DNA of 63,972 bases, filler included, from Octopus bimaculoides (Eukaryota), in NCBI RefSeq assembly GCF_001194135.2. It is 8 parts of 8 records of this genome, joined end to end, with 100 filler letters (N's around TTAATTAATTAA, not from the genome) between each part and the next. Parts side by side here need not be neighbours in the genome. Positions count along the whole stretch, not along the records: positions 1 to 19,151 come from NC_069006.1; 7 more parts are not named here. The stretch is one strand, 5' to 3'. Shown here in pieces: positions 1-11,237 of the stretch. How positions within the stretch are numbered: position 1 is the stretch's first letter; each line of letters starts with the position of its first letter. Below the pieces are notes generated by a model. That model searched no databases, was not told where the DNA came from, and saw only the letters and a program-made list of their open reading frames with translations. The translations under genes were made by a program, and so were the position numbers.

Positions 1-7
1 ATATACA

Positions 8-202
8 CAGTAGTCCCTTAACTATCGTGGGTGTTATATTCCAAACCCCACCGCGATAGGTGAAGTAGAAACAGTACTGTATGTTTTTTTTAAATTATTT
101 CTATAATTTATGTATATTTATTTTATTAGAAATGCAAAACAACACCATGGATGAATCGACGTAAGCTTAAATAATAAACCACGATATGACAAAGGATTAT
201 TG
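8..202. mobile_element. Second, more decayed copy of the same MITE
   Basis: Shares gtgaagtagaaacagtactgta, acaacacca.gga.gaatcg.cgtaagcttaa and eroded TIRs with 12316-12552. Confidence 0.8.
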
Positions 203-212
203 TGTGTGTGTC

Positions 213-244
<32 letters not shown>

Positions 245-300
245 CATACACACACACAGACACTTATTCAGAGAAAGATAGTTATGGCCAATTCATAGAT

Positions 301-432
301 TACCCAGGGTTTCAAGTCCATAAAGCACTTACCTTTATGTATGTCAGACTCTAATGGCTGGTCCATACATGCAGTATGGTCTGACAAGGCATGTATAAAG
401 CTAAGCGCTTTATGGAGATGAAACCTTGGGTA
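301..432. mobile_element. Small fold-back element, probably a TA-flanked MITE
   Basis: 31-bp terminal inverted repeats with 4 mismatches (tacccagggtttcaagtccataaagcactta and taagcgctttatggagatgaaaccttgggta), with further pairing inside. Confidence 0.6.
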
Positions 433-504
433 AACTTATAAACTGGCCATAACTAACATTCTCTAAAAAAACCAAACTATTCTATAACTTAGGGTGTGCT
501 TCTC

Positions 505-714
505 TTTTGGATTTCGGTGGTATATAACTGTGCCAGTGGCATGTAAAAAGCATCATTCAGGTGTGCTCAATATCAGTGCTGCCTAACTGGCACTGTGCCG
601 GTGGCACATTAAAAAGTACCATTTGAGTGTAGTCAATGCCAGTCCTCAGTCAAACCGTCCAACCCATGCCAGCATGGAAAGTGGACGTTGAACGATGATG
701 ATGATGATGATGAA
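505..714 (+). mobile_element. Internally deleted RTE 3' UTR copy; its last 79 bp recur at 1004-1082 across an N gap
   Basis: Two UTR units, then a jump to cctcagtcaaaccgtccaacccatgccagcatgg and a GAT tail. Confidence 0.85.
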
Positions 715-1361
715 NNNNNNNNNNNNNNNNNNNNNNNNNNNNNNNNNNNNNNNNNNNNNNNNNNNNNNNNNNNNNNNNNNNNNNNNNNNNNNNNNNNNNN
801 NNNNNNNNNNNNNNNNNNNNNNNNNNNNNNNNNNNNNNNNNNNNNNNNNNNNNNNNNNNNNNNNNNNNNNNNNNNNNNNNNNNNNNNNNNNNNNNNNNNN
901 NNNNNNNNNNNNNNNNNNNNNNNNNNNNNNNNNNNNNNNNNNNNNNNNNNNNNNNNNNNNNNNNNNNNNNNNNNNNNNNNNNNNNNNNNNNNNNNNNNNN
1001 NNNATGCCAGTCCTCAGTCAAACCGTCCAACCCATGCCAGCATGGAAAGTGGACGTTGAACGATGATGATGATGATGATGAAGATATACATCTTCTTTCA
1101 AGGATTAGACTGTGGTCATCAGGGGCACCACCTGGAAGGGTTTAGCTGAACAAATAGCCACCCAATACATTTTCTAATAGCCTGGTGTTTATTCTATTGC
1201 TCTCTTCTATTAAACTGCTAAATTATGGATGGAAACAAACCAGCACCAGCTGTCAAGCAGTGGTACGAGACAAATACAAACAGACATACACATACTTGCA
1301 TATATGTATGTATGTATGTATCTCCCTCTCTCTATCTGTCTCTCTATGTAGCCATCTATTT

Positions 1362-1768
1362 GTGTAGGATTGGCCGTGTGGTAAAAAGTTTGTTTCCCAA
1401 CTGCATGGTTCAGGGTTCAGTCCCACTGCATGGCACCTTGGACAAGTGTCTTCCGCTATAGCCTCAGGCCAACCAGAGCCTCGTAAGTGGATTTCGTTGG
1501 CAGAAACTGAAGGGTGGCAAGCTGGCTGAATCGTTAGCACGCCGGGCGAAATGCTTAGTGGTATTTCATCTGTCTTTATGTTCTGAGTTCAAATTCCGCC
1601 GAGGTCGACTTTGCCTTTCATCCTTTCGGGGTCGATAAATTAAGTACCAGTCATACACTGGGGTCAGTATAATTGACTTAATCCGTTTGTCTGTCCTTGT
1701 TTGTCCCCTCTATGTTTAGGGCCCCCTGTGGGCATTAAGAAATAAGAAATAAGAAACTGAACTGAAAG
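1362..1768 (+). mobile_element. SINE A head interrupted by a SINE B copy (1512-1751)
   Basis: agaaactgaa is duplicated at 1502-1511 and 1752-1761 around the inserted B copy. Confidence 0.85.
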
Positions 1769-2184
1769 NNNNNNNNNNNNNNNNNNNNNNNNNNNNNNNN
1801 NNNNNNNNNNNNNNNNNNNNNNNNNNNNNNNNNNNNNNNNNNNNNNNNNNNNNNNNNNNNNNNNNNNNNNNNNNNNNNNNNNNNNNNNNNNNNNNNNNNN
1901 NNNNNNNNNNNNNNNNNNNNNNNNNNNNNNNNNNNNNNNNNNNNNNNNNNNNNNNNNNNNNNNNNNNNNNNNNNNNNNNNNNNNNNNNNNNNNNNNNNNN
2001 NNNNNNNNNNNNNNNNNNNNNNNNNNNNNNNNNNNNNNNNNNNNNNNNNNNNNNNNNNNNNNNNNNNNNNNNNNNNNNNNNNNNNNNNNNNNNNNNNNNN
2101 NNNNNNNNNNNNNNNNNNNNNNNNNNNNNNNNNNNNNNNNNNNNNNNNNNNNNNNNNNNNNNNNNNNNNNNNNNNNNNNNNNNN

Positions 2185-2457
2185 TGAATGTCTTATTGAA
2201 TATATGGAATATGTCTTATTGAATAGATGAAATATTGAGTGTTCAATATAAAGGATTAAATATATAAAGGCGAATACGTATTTTCTATACCTTGTGGTAT
2301 TTCATCATGGCCGTAAAGTCTGTCATACCGGCCATGATGAAATACCACAAGGTATAGAAAAAACGCATTCGCCTTTATATATTTAATCCTTTATATTGAA
2401 CACTCAATATTTCATCTATTCAATAAGACATATTCCATATATTCAATAAGACATTCA
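2185..2457. repeat. Near-perfect palindrome: 129-bp arms, 15-nt loop, 2 mismatches
   Basis: 2185-2313 is the reverse complement of 2329-2457. The left arm abuts an N gap. Confidence 0.95.
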
Positions 2458-2668
2458 GTACTTTATTTCATTGTACCATCCATTTTTATATTATATATTG
2501 TATATTCCATATTCTATGTCCCACATTAATTTTACAAGAATATAGGTGAAACATAGGAAACAGACAGAGTTGGAACTCTTTTAAACAAAATAATATATTC
2601 CTCTATACACAATCATACAAAACCCCTTTTTTTTGTATTTATTTTTACTCACATATATATATATATAC

Positions 2669-2755
<87 letters not shown>

Positions 2756-2781
2756 CATACATACACACACACATATATATA

Positions 2782-3116
2782 TTTGCTTTCCTAACCACAC
2801 GCTTCTAGGTTCAGTCCCACTGTGCGGCACCTTAGGCAACTGTCTTTTGCTATAGCCTTGGGCCAACCAATGCCTTGTGAGTGGATTTGGTCGATGGAAA
2901 CTGAAAGAAACCTGTATCTTATATATATAAATATATATATATTTATATATATCCACACACAATGCACTTTATTTTGTTTCTATCTACCAAATCCACCCAC
3001 AAGGCATTTGTCAGCTCAGTGCTATTGTAAAAGACACTTGCCCAAGGTGCCACACAGTGGAACTAAACCCAGAACCATCAGGTAGCGAAGCAGATGTCTT
3101 ACAATATGGCAGCCAC
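2782..3116. mobile_element. Two SINE A heads in inverted orientation (about 2782-2915 + and 2975-3116 -)
   Basis: Each matches the first 140 bp or so of family A, separated by about 60 bp of AT-rich sequence. Confidence 0.8.
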
Positions 3117-3310
3117 ATAAGATTTAACTTTGTTTCTGTTTCTATTCATTGATTAATCACATGCAGCAGAAGAAACGAGATACTAAAAACCCATAACTGG
3201 CCTGAACTGCATCTGTTATGAATCAATTATTGAACAGATAAGGAAAAATCGCTTTATTTATTCAATCTGTTTGGGGTCACTTCAGTTAGAACTCCATTGA
3301 CTAATAACAT

Positions 3311-3932
3311 AATCCTTTCTACTATAGGCACAAGGCCTGGAATTGGGGGTTGAGGGGTCACTTGATTACATCGACCCCAGTAATAAAATTGTATTTAATT
3401 TACTGACCCCAAAAGGACGAAAGTTAAAGTCAATCTCAGCAGAATTTGAACTCAGAACATAATGGCAGACAAAATACCACTAGGCATTTCACCCAGCGTG
3501 CTAATGTTTCTTATTTCTTTATTGCCCTCAAGGGGCTACACACAGAGGGGACAAACAAGACAGACAAATGGATTAAGTCAATTACATCGACTCCAGTGCA
3601 TAACTGGTACTTAATTTATCGACCCCCGAAAGGATGAAAGGCAAAGTCGACCAGTGGAATTTGAACTCAGAACGTCATGGCAGACAAAATACGCTAAACA
3701 TTTTGCTCAGCATGCTAACGATTCTGCCATCTTGCTGCAAAATTAGTTACCGAAATATTCTTTTCTACTCTAGGGACAAAGCCTAAAATTTGAGGAGGGG
3801 CAAGTCGATTAGCTCGACCCCAATACGCAACTGGTACTTAATTTAAACCTTGGTGGAATTTGAACTCAGAACATAATGGCAGACAAAATACTGCAAAGCA
3901 TTTTGCCTGGCTTGCTAACAATTATGCCAACT
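3311..3932 (-). mobile_element. Cluster of three SINE family B monomers (about 3311-3510, 3511-3738 and 3757-3932)
   Basis: Each carries the reverse complement of gttctgagttcaaattc...gtcgactttgcctttcatcctttcggggtcgataaattaagtaccag. Confidence 0.85.
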
Positions 3933-4158
3933 AATAACACAATATCATACCTTTTGTGTTGTTTCAGTCATGTGGCCATGCTGGGGCACCACCTTGAAGA
4001 ATTTTAGTCAAACAAGTTGAACCTGATCTTTTTTTTTTCACTTTAAGCCCGATACTTATTTCATTGATCCCTTATGCTGAGTCATGGTAGGGAAGTAAAC
4101 AAACTGACACCGGCTGTTGAGTGGTTGTTGGGGAGCAAGTAGAAACTCAAAAGACACA

Positions 4159-4194
<36 letters not shown>

Positions 4195-4637
4195 CATTTG
4201 CATGTGTGTGTTTGCGTGTATGTGCATGTGTGTGCATGTATGTTTGTGCATGTGTATGTGTGTGCATGTGTGTGTATGTGTATGTATGTGCGTGTGTATG
4301 TATGTGTATATGTGTATATGTATGTGTATGCATGTGTGTGCGTGCGTGCACGTGAAGTTACATAGCCCAGTGATTAGGGTATTGTACTCACGATCGATAG
4401 ACCAAGAGTTTGAACCCCAAAGCAGGTGTCACATTATACTCTTGAGCAAAACACTGCATTTCACATTACTCCAGTCCACTCAGCTGTAAAGGGGGTCAAC
4501 CTATGATAGAATAGTCTTCCGATCGGGGCGGAATGGTGGCCTGCTCACCTGGCCAGCAGGGTGGAGTTGTTCAACAATGGAAAGTGCACTGTAGCCAGTG
4601 ATATGTAACAACATCCAATAGTCCGGTCAATATTGTG

Positions 4638-4676
<39 letters not shown>

Positions 4677-5641
4677 AATGTATATATGTGTAAACATACA
4701 TTTATATATGTATATGTATAAATTCAAATTACGACAAACGTAAATAAACAAACGAAGTTTGCTTTTAGAAGCGTTGAGATGTCTTTTTAGAAAGTTAAAG
4801 AAGTGATTTTAAATTCTCAATCGCAGAATAATGCTAATAATATAGCCTGAACAGGATAAACNNNNNNNNNNNNNNNNNNNNNNNNNNNNNNNNNNNNNNN
4901 NNNNNNNNNNNNNNNNNNNNNNNNNNNNNNNNNNNNNNNNNNNNNNNNNNNNNNNNNNNNNNNNNNNNNNNNNNNNNNNNNNNNNNNNNNNNNNNNNNNN
5001 NNNNNNNNNNNNNNNNNNNNNNNNNNNNNNNNNNNNNNNNNNNNNNNNNNNNNNNNNNNNNNNNNNNNNNNNNNNNNNNNNNNNNNNNNNNNNNNNNNNN
5101 NNNNNNNNNNNNNNNNNNNNNNNNNNNNNNNNNNNNNNNNNNNNNNNNNNNNNNNNNNNNNNNNNNNNNNNNNNNNNNNNNNNNNNNNNNNNNNNNNNNN
5201 NNNNNNNNNNNNNNNNNNNNNNNNNNNNNNNNNNNNNNNNNNNNNNNNNNNNNNNNNNNNNNNNNNNNNNNNNNNNNNNNNNNNNNNNNNNNNNNNNNNN
5301 NNNNNNNNNNNNNNNNNNNNNNNNNNNNNNNNNNNNNNNNNNNNNNNNNNNNNNNNNNNNNNNNNNNNNNNNNNNNNNNNNNNNNNNNNNNNNNNNNNNN
5401 NNNNNNNNNNNNNNNNNNNNNNNNNNNNNNNNNNNNNNNNNNNNNNNNNNNNNNNNNNNNNNNNNNNNNNNNNNNNNNNNNNNNNNNNNNNNNNNNNNNN
5501 NNNNNNNNNNNNNNNNNNNNNNNNNNNNNNNNNNNNNNNNNNNNNNNNNNNNNNNNNNNNNNNNNNNNNNNNNNNNNNNNNNNNNNNNNNNNNNNNNNNN
5601 NNNNNNNNNNNNNNNNNNNNNNNNNNNNNNNNNNNNNNNNN

Positions 5642-5684
<43 letters not shown>

Positions 5685-5719
5685 TATAGTTATATATATA
5701 TATAAATATATATATAGTT

Positions 5720-5837
5720 ATGCCAGTGCCTCCTGACTGGATCCCATATTGGTGGCTCCTGGCTTACCAGCCCTCAGTCAAACCCTCCAACCCATGCCAG
5801 CATGGAAAGTGGACGTTAAACAATGATGATGATGATG
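5720..5837 (+). mobile_element. Short RTE 3' end fragment
   Basis: ccctcagtcaaaccctccaacccatgccagcatggaaagtggacgttaaacaatgatgat. Confidence 0.8.
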
Positions 5838-6302
5838 TAATGATATATATAGCTATATACATATATATAATCATTGTGTTTGTGTGTGTGTGCTGGTGTG
5901 TGTGTGTGTGTGTGTGTGTGTCTTGGAAACATCCTGTCTCTGCATACATATACTCTCATGCATACTGCTGTTTTCCCTCTCTTCCCCCCTCAATCTCTCT
6001 TTTACCCCAATCCCTCCCCACCTGCTCCACCCTGGTATTTCCACCCTAGATGTTATCTTTTCTTTCCACTGACCTAAAAAAAACCTGAGATACCCTTGTT
6101 TTCTGGTTGGTAATCAACTCACTAGCCACCTGCTGCTGCCACTAGATTGCTGCTATCTTTTTACCTGTCCAGGTAATAGAATTACATACCTGTGGCTGTC
6201 TGTGCAAATGTGTGTGTGTGTGTGTGTCTGTCTGTCTGTCTGTGTACATGTGTGTGTTTGTGTGTGTCTATGTATGTGCATGTGTCATTCTGTGGCTAAG
6301 TC

Positions 6303-6345
<43 letters not shown>

Positions 6346-6829
6346 CTTGGTGTACATTTGTGTAGGTGTGTGTATCTTCGTGAATGTGTATCTTTATGCA
6401 TGTGTCTGTGTGTTTGTGTATGTGTATGTAGCTGTGTGTTTGTGCATGTCTGTGTGTGTGAGCACAAATGTCTGCTAGTGTACGTGTGAGTGAGTATGTT
6501 TATGAGTGTATGTTCTTTATGCATGTATGTGTGTGTGTGTGACAACATTCTCACATTTGCCACCCTGAATCTACCTGCCACCCGAAGAGATTACATTAAC
6601 AAAACCAGTGTCTGAGGAATATTCAAAACCACTGTTGGACAACATACACCCTACCAGTAATTCCCTGGGGGCAGCCATGTCACACACCATTTGACATAGT
6701 GCTACCCGAAGTCCACCTGTGCTTTACATTAAAGGTATATTGCACCCAACAGGTATTTGATCATGCTGTTTGAATATTGTTGTATTTCAGAGCAACTCCT
6801 GCAGTTTAAGCCTGGAGCAAACAGTTTTA

Positions 6830-7150
6830 AAAATCATTGTCATCATTTCCAAGATCAGCCTCCTCATCATCTTCATCATTATCTTTCTCTTCCTCCTCCT
6901 CTTCCTCATCGCTGTGATCGTCATCATTATCATCATCGTCATTTTCATTGCAATCATCATCACCATCATTGTCATCGTTGTCGTTGTCAATATCACCACC
7001 ACCATCATCATCATCATCGTCATCATCGTCATCGTCATTGTTATCAGCATCGTCATCATTGTCATTGTTGTCTTAGTCATCATCATCGTAGTCGTCAACA
7101 TCATCGTCATCGTCATTGTCATCATCATTGTCTTAGTCATCATCATCATC
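6830..7150. repeat. Degenerate (ATC/GTC)n trinucleotide tract
   Basis: Visible directly; produces the His-, Ile- and Met-rich ORFs. Confidence 0.9.
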
Positions 7151-7186
7151 AAAATATTTGGTGATGTGTGCAAAGTCTTAAAACGT

Positions 7187-7395
7187 TGAGCTGGCAGAAT
7201 GGTTAGCACGCCAAATGAAATGCTTAGTGGTATTTCGTCTGCACTACCCTCTGGATACAAATTCCATTAAGGTCGACTTTGCCTTTCATCTTTCCGGTGT
7301 CAGTAAATTACGTACCAGTTGCGTACTGGAGTCAATCAAATCGACTGGATTCGCTCCCCCAAAATTTCAGGCCTTGTGCCTATAGTAGAAAGGAT
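7187..7395 (+). mobile_element. SINE family B
   Basis: gagctggcagaatggttagcacgcc head through ccttgtgcctatagtagaaagga. Confidence 0.85.
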
Positions 7396-7727
7396 GTGAG
7401 CAAAGTCTTGCCAAGCTGTTATCAAATCATTATATGAAAACACAAAGCAGTGAGGATTGAAATAATGATGGGGACATCAATTCATGATGTGTCTGCACAC
7501 TTAAACAAAGACATAGCATTTGCTGTAGAATTTTGTCTCAGAGGAGAACTTTTCCCTGGAAAATACCGATTACATTTCTGTATTTAACACATTATTAGCT
7601 ACAGCCTGTTACAGGAACTTTCCGGTGACAGCAAACAAGCATCTCAAACGATCAATCATCCTGCATTCTGTTAAAAGTAATTTGTTTTGTATATTCACAG
7701 TATTTCATTGTTAAAGTTTGATATCTA

Positions 7728-8095
7728 GCACTCACGAAGGCACCTGTGCCCAGCGTCGCCTTTCTGGCACTTGTGCCAGTGGCACGTGCAAAGACTTTCG
7801 AGCGAAATTGTTGCCAGTGCCGCTGGACTGGCTTTTGTGCAGGTGGCACATAAAATACACCATTTTGAGCGTAGCTGTTGCCAGTACCGCCTGACCGGCC
7901 TTCGTGCCGGTGGCATGTAAAAGCACCCACTACACTCTTGGAGTGGTTGGCGTTAGGAAGGGCATCCAGCTGTAGAAACTCTGCCAAATCAGATTGGAAC
8001 CTGGTGTAGCCATCTGGTTCACCAGTCCTCAGTCAAATCGTCCAACCCATGCTAGCATGGAAAGCGGACGTTAAACGATGATGATGATGATGATG
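7728..8095 (+). mobile_element. RTE LINE 3' UTR copy with GAT tail
   Basis: Same terminal sequence (ggaagggcatccagctgtagaaac...gttaaacgatgatgat). Confidence 0.9.
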
Positions 8096-8700
8096 AGCAC
8101 TCATGTTTAAATATCTTTGAAACCATTTCAAAGATACAGTGTAGAGCTCTGTCCATGAACTCATTGCAGACAAACTGTAGACAGGGACATTCACTGCGGG
8201 TTAGCTTTCAAGCCGGTCTGCAGAGAAGAGACTTCTGGTTAGGCATGAAGGAGACTAAGGTTTTAAATGGTCGGCCATATTCTCCCTCACCTTTTTTGAC
8301 TTGTGGGTACATTTATATTCTTTCCACCTGAACTAAAAACATAACTAAAAGTATAAGGAAAAAAGTTATATTCAGGTTACACTGTGGCACACTTAGCATC
8401 GTCTCAGAGCACAGGTGTAGATGATTGAAGCGAAATAAAGGATACTTCGACACGCTCTTGTTTGTGATTATTTAACAAAGCTATAACAGAATAAAATGTT
8501 TTCTCAAATTATGAAAATGTAGCACTGGTGGCACATGTAGTGGTTGTATGAAGTTTGCAACGATCCACTGGTAGTGCATGTGGCAGTTAAGGAGTCAAAT
8601 TACACGAGGAAGTAAGACCTTCAAGCTGGGAGTCCTAGTTCGGAGGTGCAGGAATGGGAAGCAACAGGGGTTTCTCCATGGGTTTAAATATGTTAGAAAT

Positions 8701-9058
8701 CATCAGCATCATTTAATGTTCGTTTTCCATGCTGGCATGGGTTGGACAGTTTGACAAGAGCTGAAGGGCTGTTCAGGCTCCATGTCTGTTTTGGCATGGT
8801 TTCTATGGCTGGATGCACTTTACAGAGTGTACTGGGTGCTTTTTTTGTGGCACCAGTATGGCTGCTTTTACATGGTACCAACACTCACAAGCCCACAAAA
8901 TTAGAGATGCTCAACAGGACAAGCTTGTATGCAAGGGTAACCACTTTTACTTAGCTCAACGTGTCTTTTCAAACACAGTAAACCACCAGGAGTCTCGCTT
9001 CCGTGTCGTCCCCTTTATGAGTCCCAACATTTGTAGATCCTTGTAGATCCATGATAGT
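8701..9058 (-). mobile_element. Diverged RTE LINE 3' end (ORF2 tail and UTR)
   Basis: Minus strand reads DLQMLGLIKGTTRKRDSWWFTVFEKTR*, then UTR and a degenerate GAT tail. Confidence 0.75.
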
Positions 9059-9124
9059 ATTGCACTTGTTGTTTAGCCCTAGGTCAATCCTGGTTTAATG
9101 GTTGATATATCACGGTTTATTTAC

Positions 9125-9350
9125 ATTATTTATATTATTTACATTTGACGGATATTTGTCCTCATCTTGTTTGTTGTTAACACAATGTTTCGGTTGAAAT
9201 CCCCTCCAGGTGTCTTGGAGATATTTCAAACCTGGGTTCTCATTCGATGTAAATTATTATTATTATTATTCAGATCACTGCCTGGAATTGATCTCAGAAT
9301 CTTGGGCTTAGTAGCCTGCACTCTTAACCACTACGCCATATGCCCTTGGG
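9125..9350 (-). mobile_element. SINE family D (tRNA head, (aat)n linker, distinct 3' part)
   Basis: Minus strand reads ggcatatggcgtagtggttaagagtgcaggctactaagcccaagattctgagatcaattccaggc, with A and B boxes. Confidence 0.7.
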
Positions 9351-10390
9351 CAGTTATGGAGTGAATTTTAGGGCTTATAAATCTAATATTTTCCTATCCT
9401 TCCTTAATACTGGTTCCCATATGTTGTTCATATCTGCACCTGGTCTGCTTAGGAGGTTGTTCTGTCCTAGCAAATGTGCTGCTTCTTTTAGTTTTCGTAT
9501 TTTCCAGTGGTCTTCTCTGTCTATTATTTTAACTTCATCCCACAGGGGGAGGTGATCTCCATTTTTCCATACATGATCAGCTATACCCGATTTTGTCCAT
9601 TAAATGAACGCACATAGCCTAGTGGTTAAGATGTTACACTCATGATTGTAAGATTGTGGTCTCAATTCCTGGATCAGGCAGTGCATTATGTTATTGCACA
9701 AATCACTTAATTTCACATTGCTCAGTCCACTCAGCTGTAAATGAGTAACCATGTGTGACAAACTGGCATTCCATTCAGAGGGAGAGTTGTGGTTTTGATC
9801 CCTTAAATGCCAAGGAATTTGAGTAATTGGCCCCTGTGGGTCTTGGGACTTGAGGTTGTAATTACATGTCCAATGAATCAGTTTGCCCAAGCCAAACCCC
9901 TTTCTTTAAATATATTTTTCTGACACTGCCGTGTTTTGAGGGAAATTTGGCAACTTTTGGTAGTGGATCATGTGATGTACTCTTTACATCAACTGACAAA
10001 CACGACAGCTACCACCACCAACACCACCACTACAACAACAACACTACCACTACTATCACCCCCACCACCAACAACACTATCCCCATCTGCAGCAGCAGCA
10101 GTACCACCACCTCCATCATCAACATCACCACCACTTCCACAGCTATTAGTCACATAACTTCAAATACTTATAACACCAACACACCAACACCACCTCCACT
10201 GCTATTTACCATATGGCCTGCCATATTCTCCCTCACAGTGTAGCCCAGTGCTCTGTAACCTTTTTTTTTTTTGTCTTCTATCATGTAATTCCTGAATTTT
10301 TTTTATGCTCTAACAAAATTATACACCTTCCTGAATAACATTAGCACATTTTCTATGTTCTAATAGTATATAAAAAAACATTTTGAACAA

Positions 10391-10801
10391 CAGGCGTAGG
10401 AGTGGCCGTGTGGTAAGTAGCTTGCTTACAAACCACATGGTTCCAGGTTCAGTCCCACTGAATGGTACCTTGGGCAAGTGTCTTCTACTATAGCCTCGAG
10501 CCAACCATAGCCTTGTGAGTGGATTTGGTGGACGGAAACTGAACAAAGCCCGTCGTATATATGTATATATATGTATGTGTATGTGTGTGTATATGTTTGT
10601 GTTTGTCCCCACCAACATCGCTTGACAAAACTGATGCTGGTGTGTTTACGTCCCCGTTACTTAGCGGTTCGGCAAAGAGACTGATAGAATAAGTATCAGG
10701 CTTACAAAGAATAAGTCCTGGGGTCGACTTGCTCGACTAAAGGTGGTGCTCCAGCATGGCCATAGTCAAAATGACTGAAACAAATGAAAGAATAAAAGAA
10801 T
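10391..10801 (+). mobile_element. SINE family A, full-length (tRNA-like head, internal TA/TG microsatellite, taaaagaa tail)
   Basis: A-box-like tggccgtgtgg and B-box-like ggttcagtccc. The same body recurs more than 12 times in the window. Confidence 0.9.
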
Positions 10802-11237
10802 ATATATATATATAAGGAAAATGAGACAAAATAGAAAATGCTAAAATAATTTTATCATGAAGAACATTTTTGGTACTGGTTTCAGTCTTTACGACTTTTT
10901 CAACTTAGAGTAAAGCATGAAAAACAATTAAATTGTGGAAAAATTAAATAGAATGTTTTTTTTAAATATCTCCATAGCTTTCAAATGCAAGGGACATTTT
11001 CCTTTTTCCTGTCTGTTTGTCTGTCTCTCTTTTTTACTCTTGTGAATCATACATAGTTAGTAGCAGCTAGTAGCAGTTTGATATATATTCGATTAGAGGC
11101 TGTGTAACCTCATAAAGGCATGGTTTTATCGAAGGAAATATTGGTTCAATACCTAATATTTTGGGGGAATTAATTTCCTTAAAATAATAGGTATATATGT
11201 ATATATATTTATGAGTACCCTTCAATCACTGGGCAAT

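Noticed and set aside
636-1082. Tandem duplication of 79 bp (636-714 and 1004-1082); similar case at about 40390-40550
   Set aside because: Identical sequence on both sides of an N gap is the usual signature of unmerged contig overlaps.
6757-7260. His-rich or hydrophobic protein-like ORFs
   Set aside because: All frames are open only because of an ATC/GTC trinucleotide tract, and no splice or domain signal was seen.
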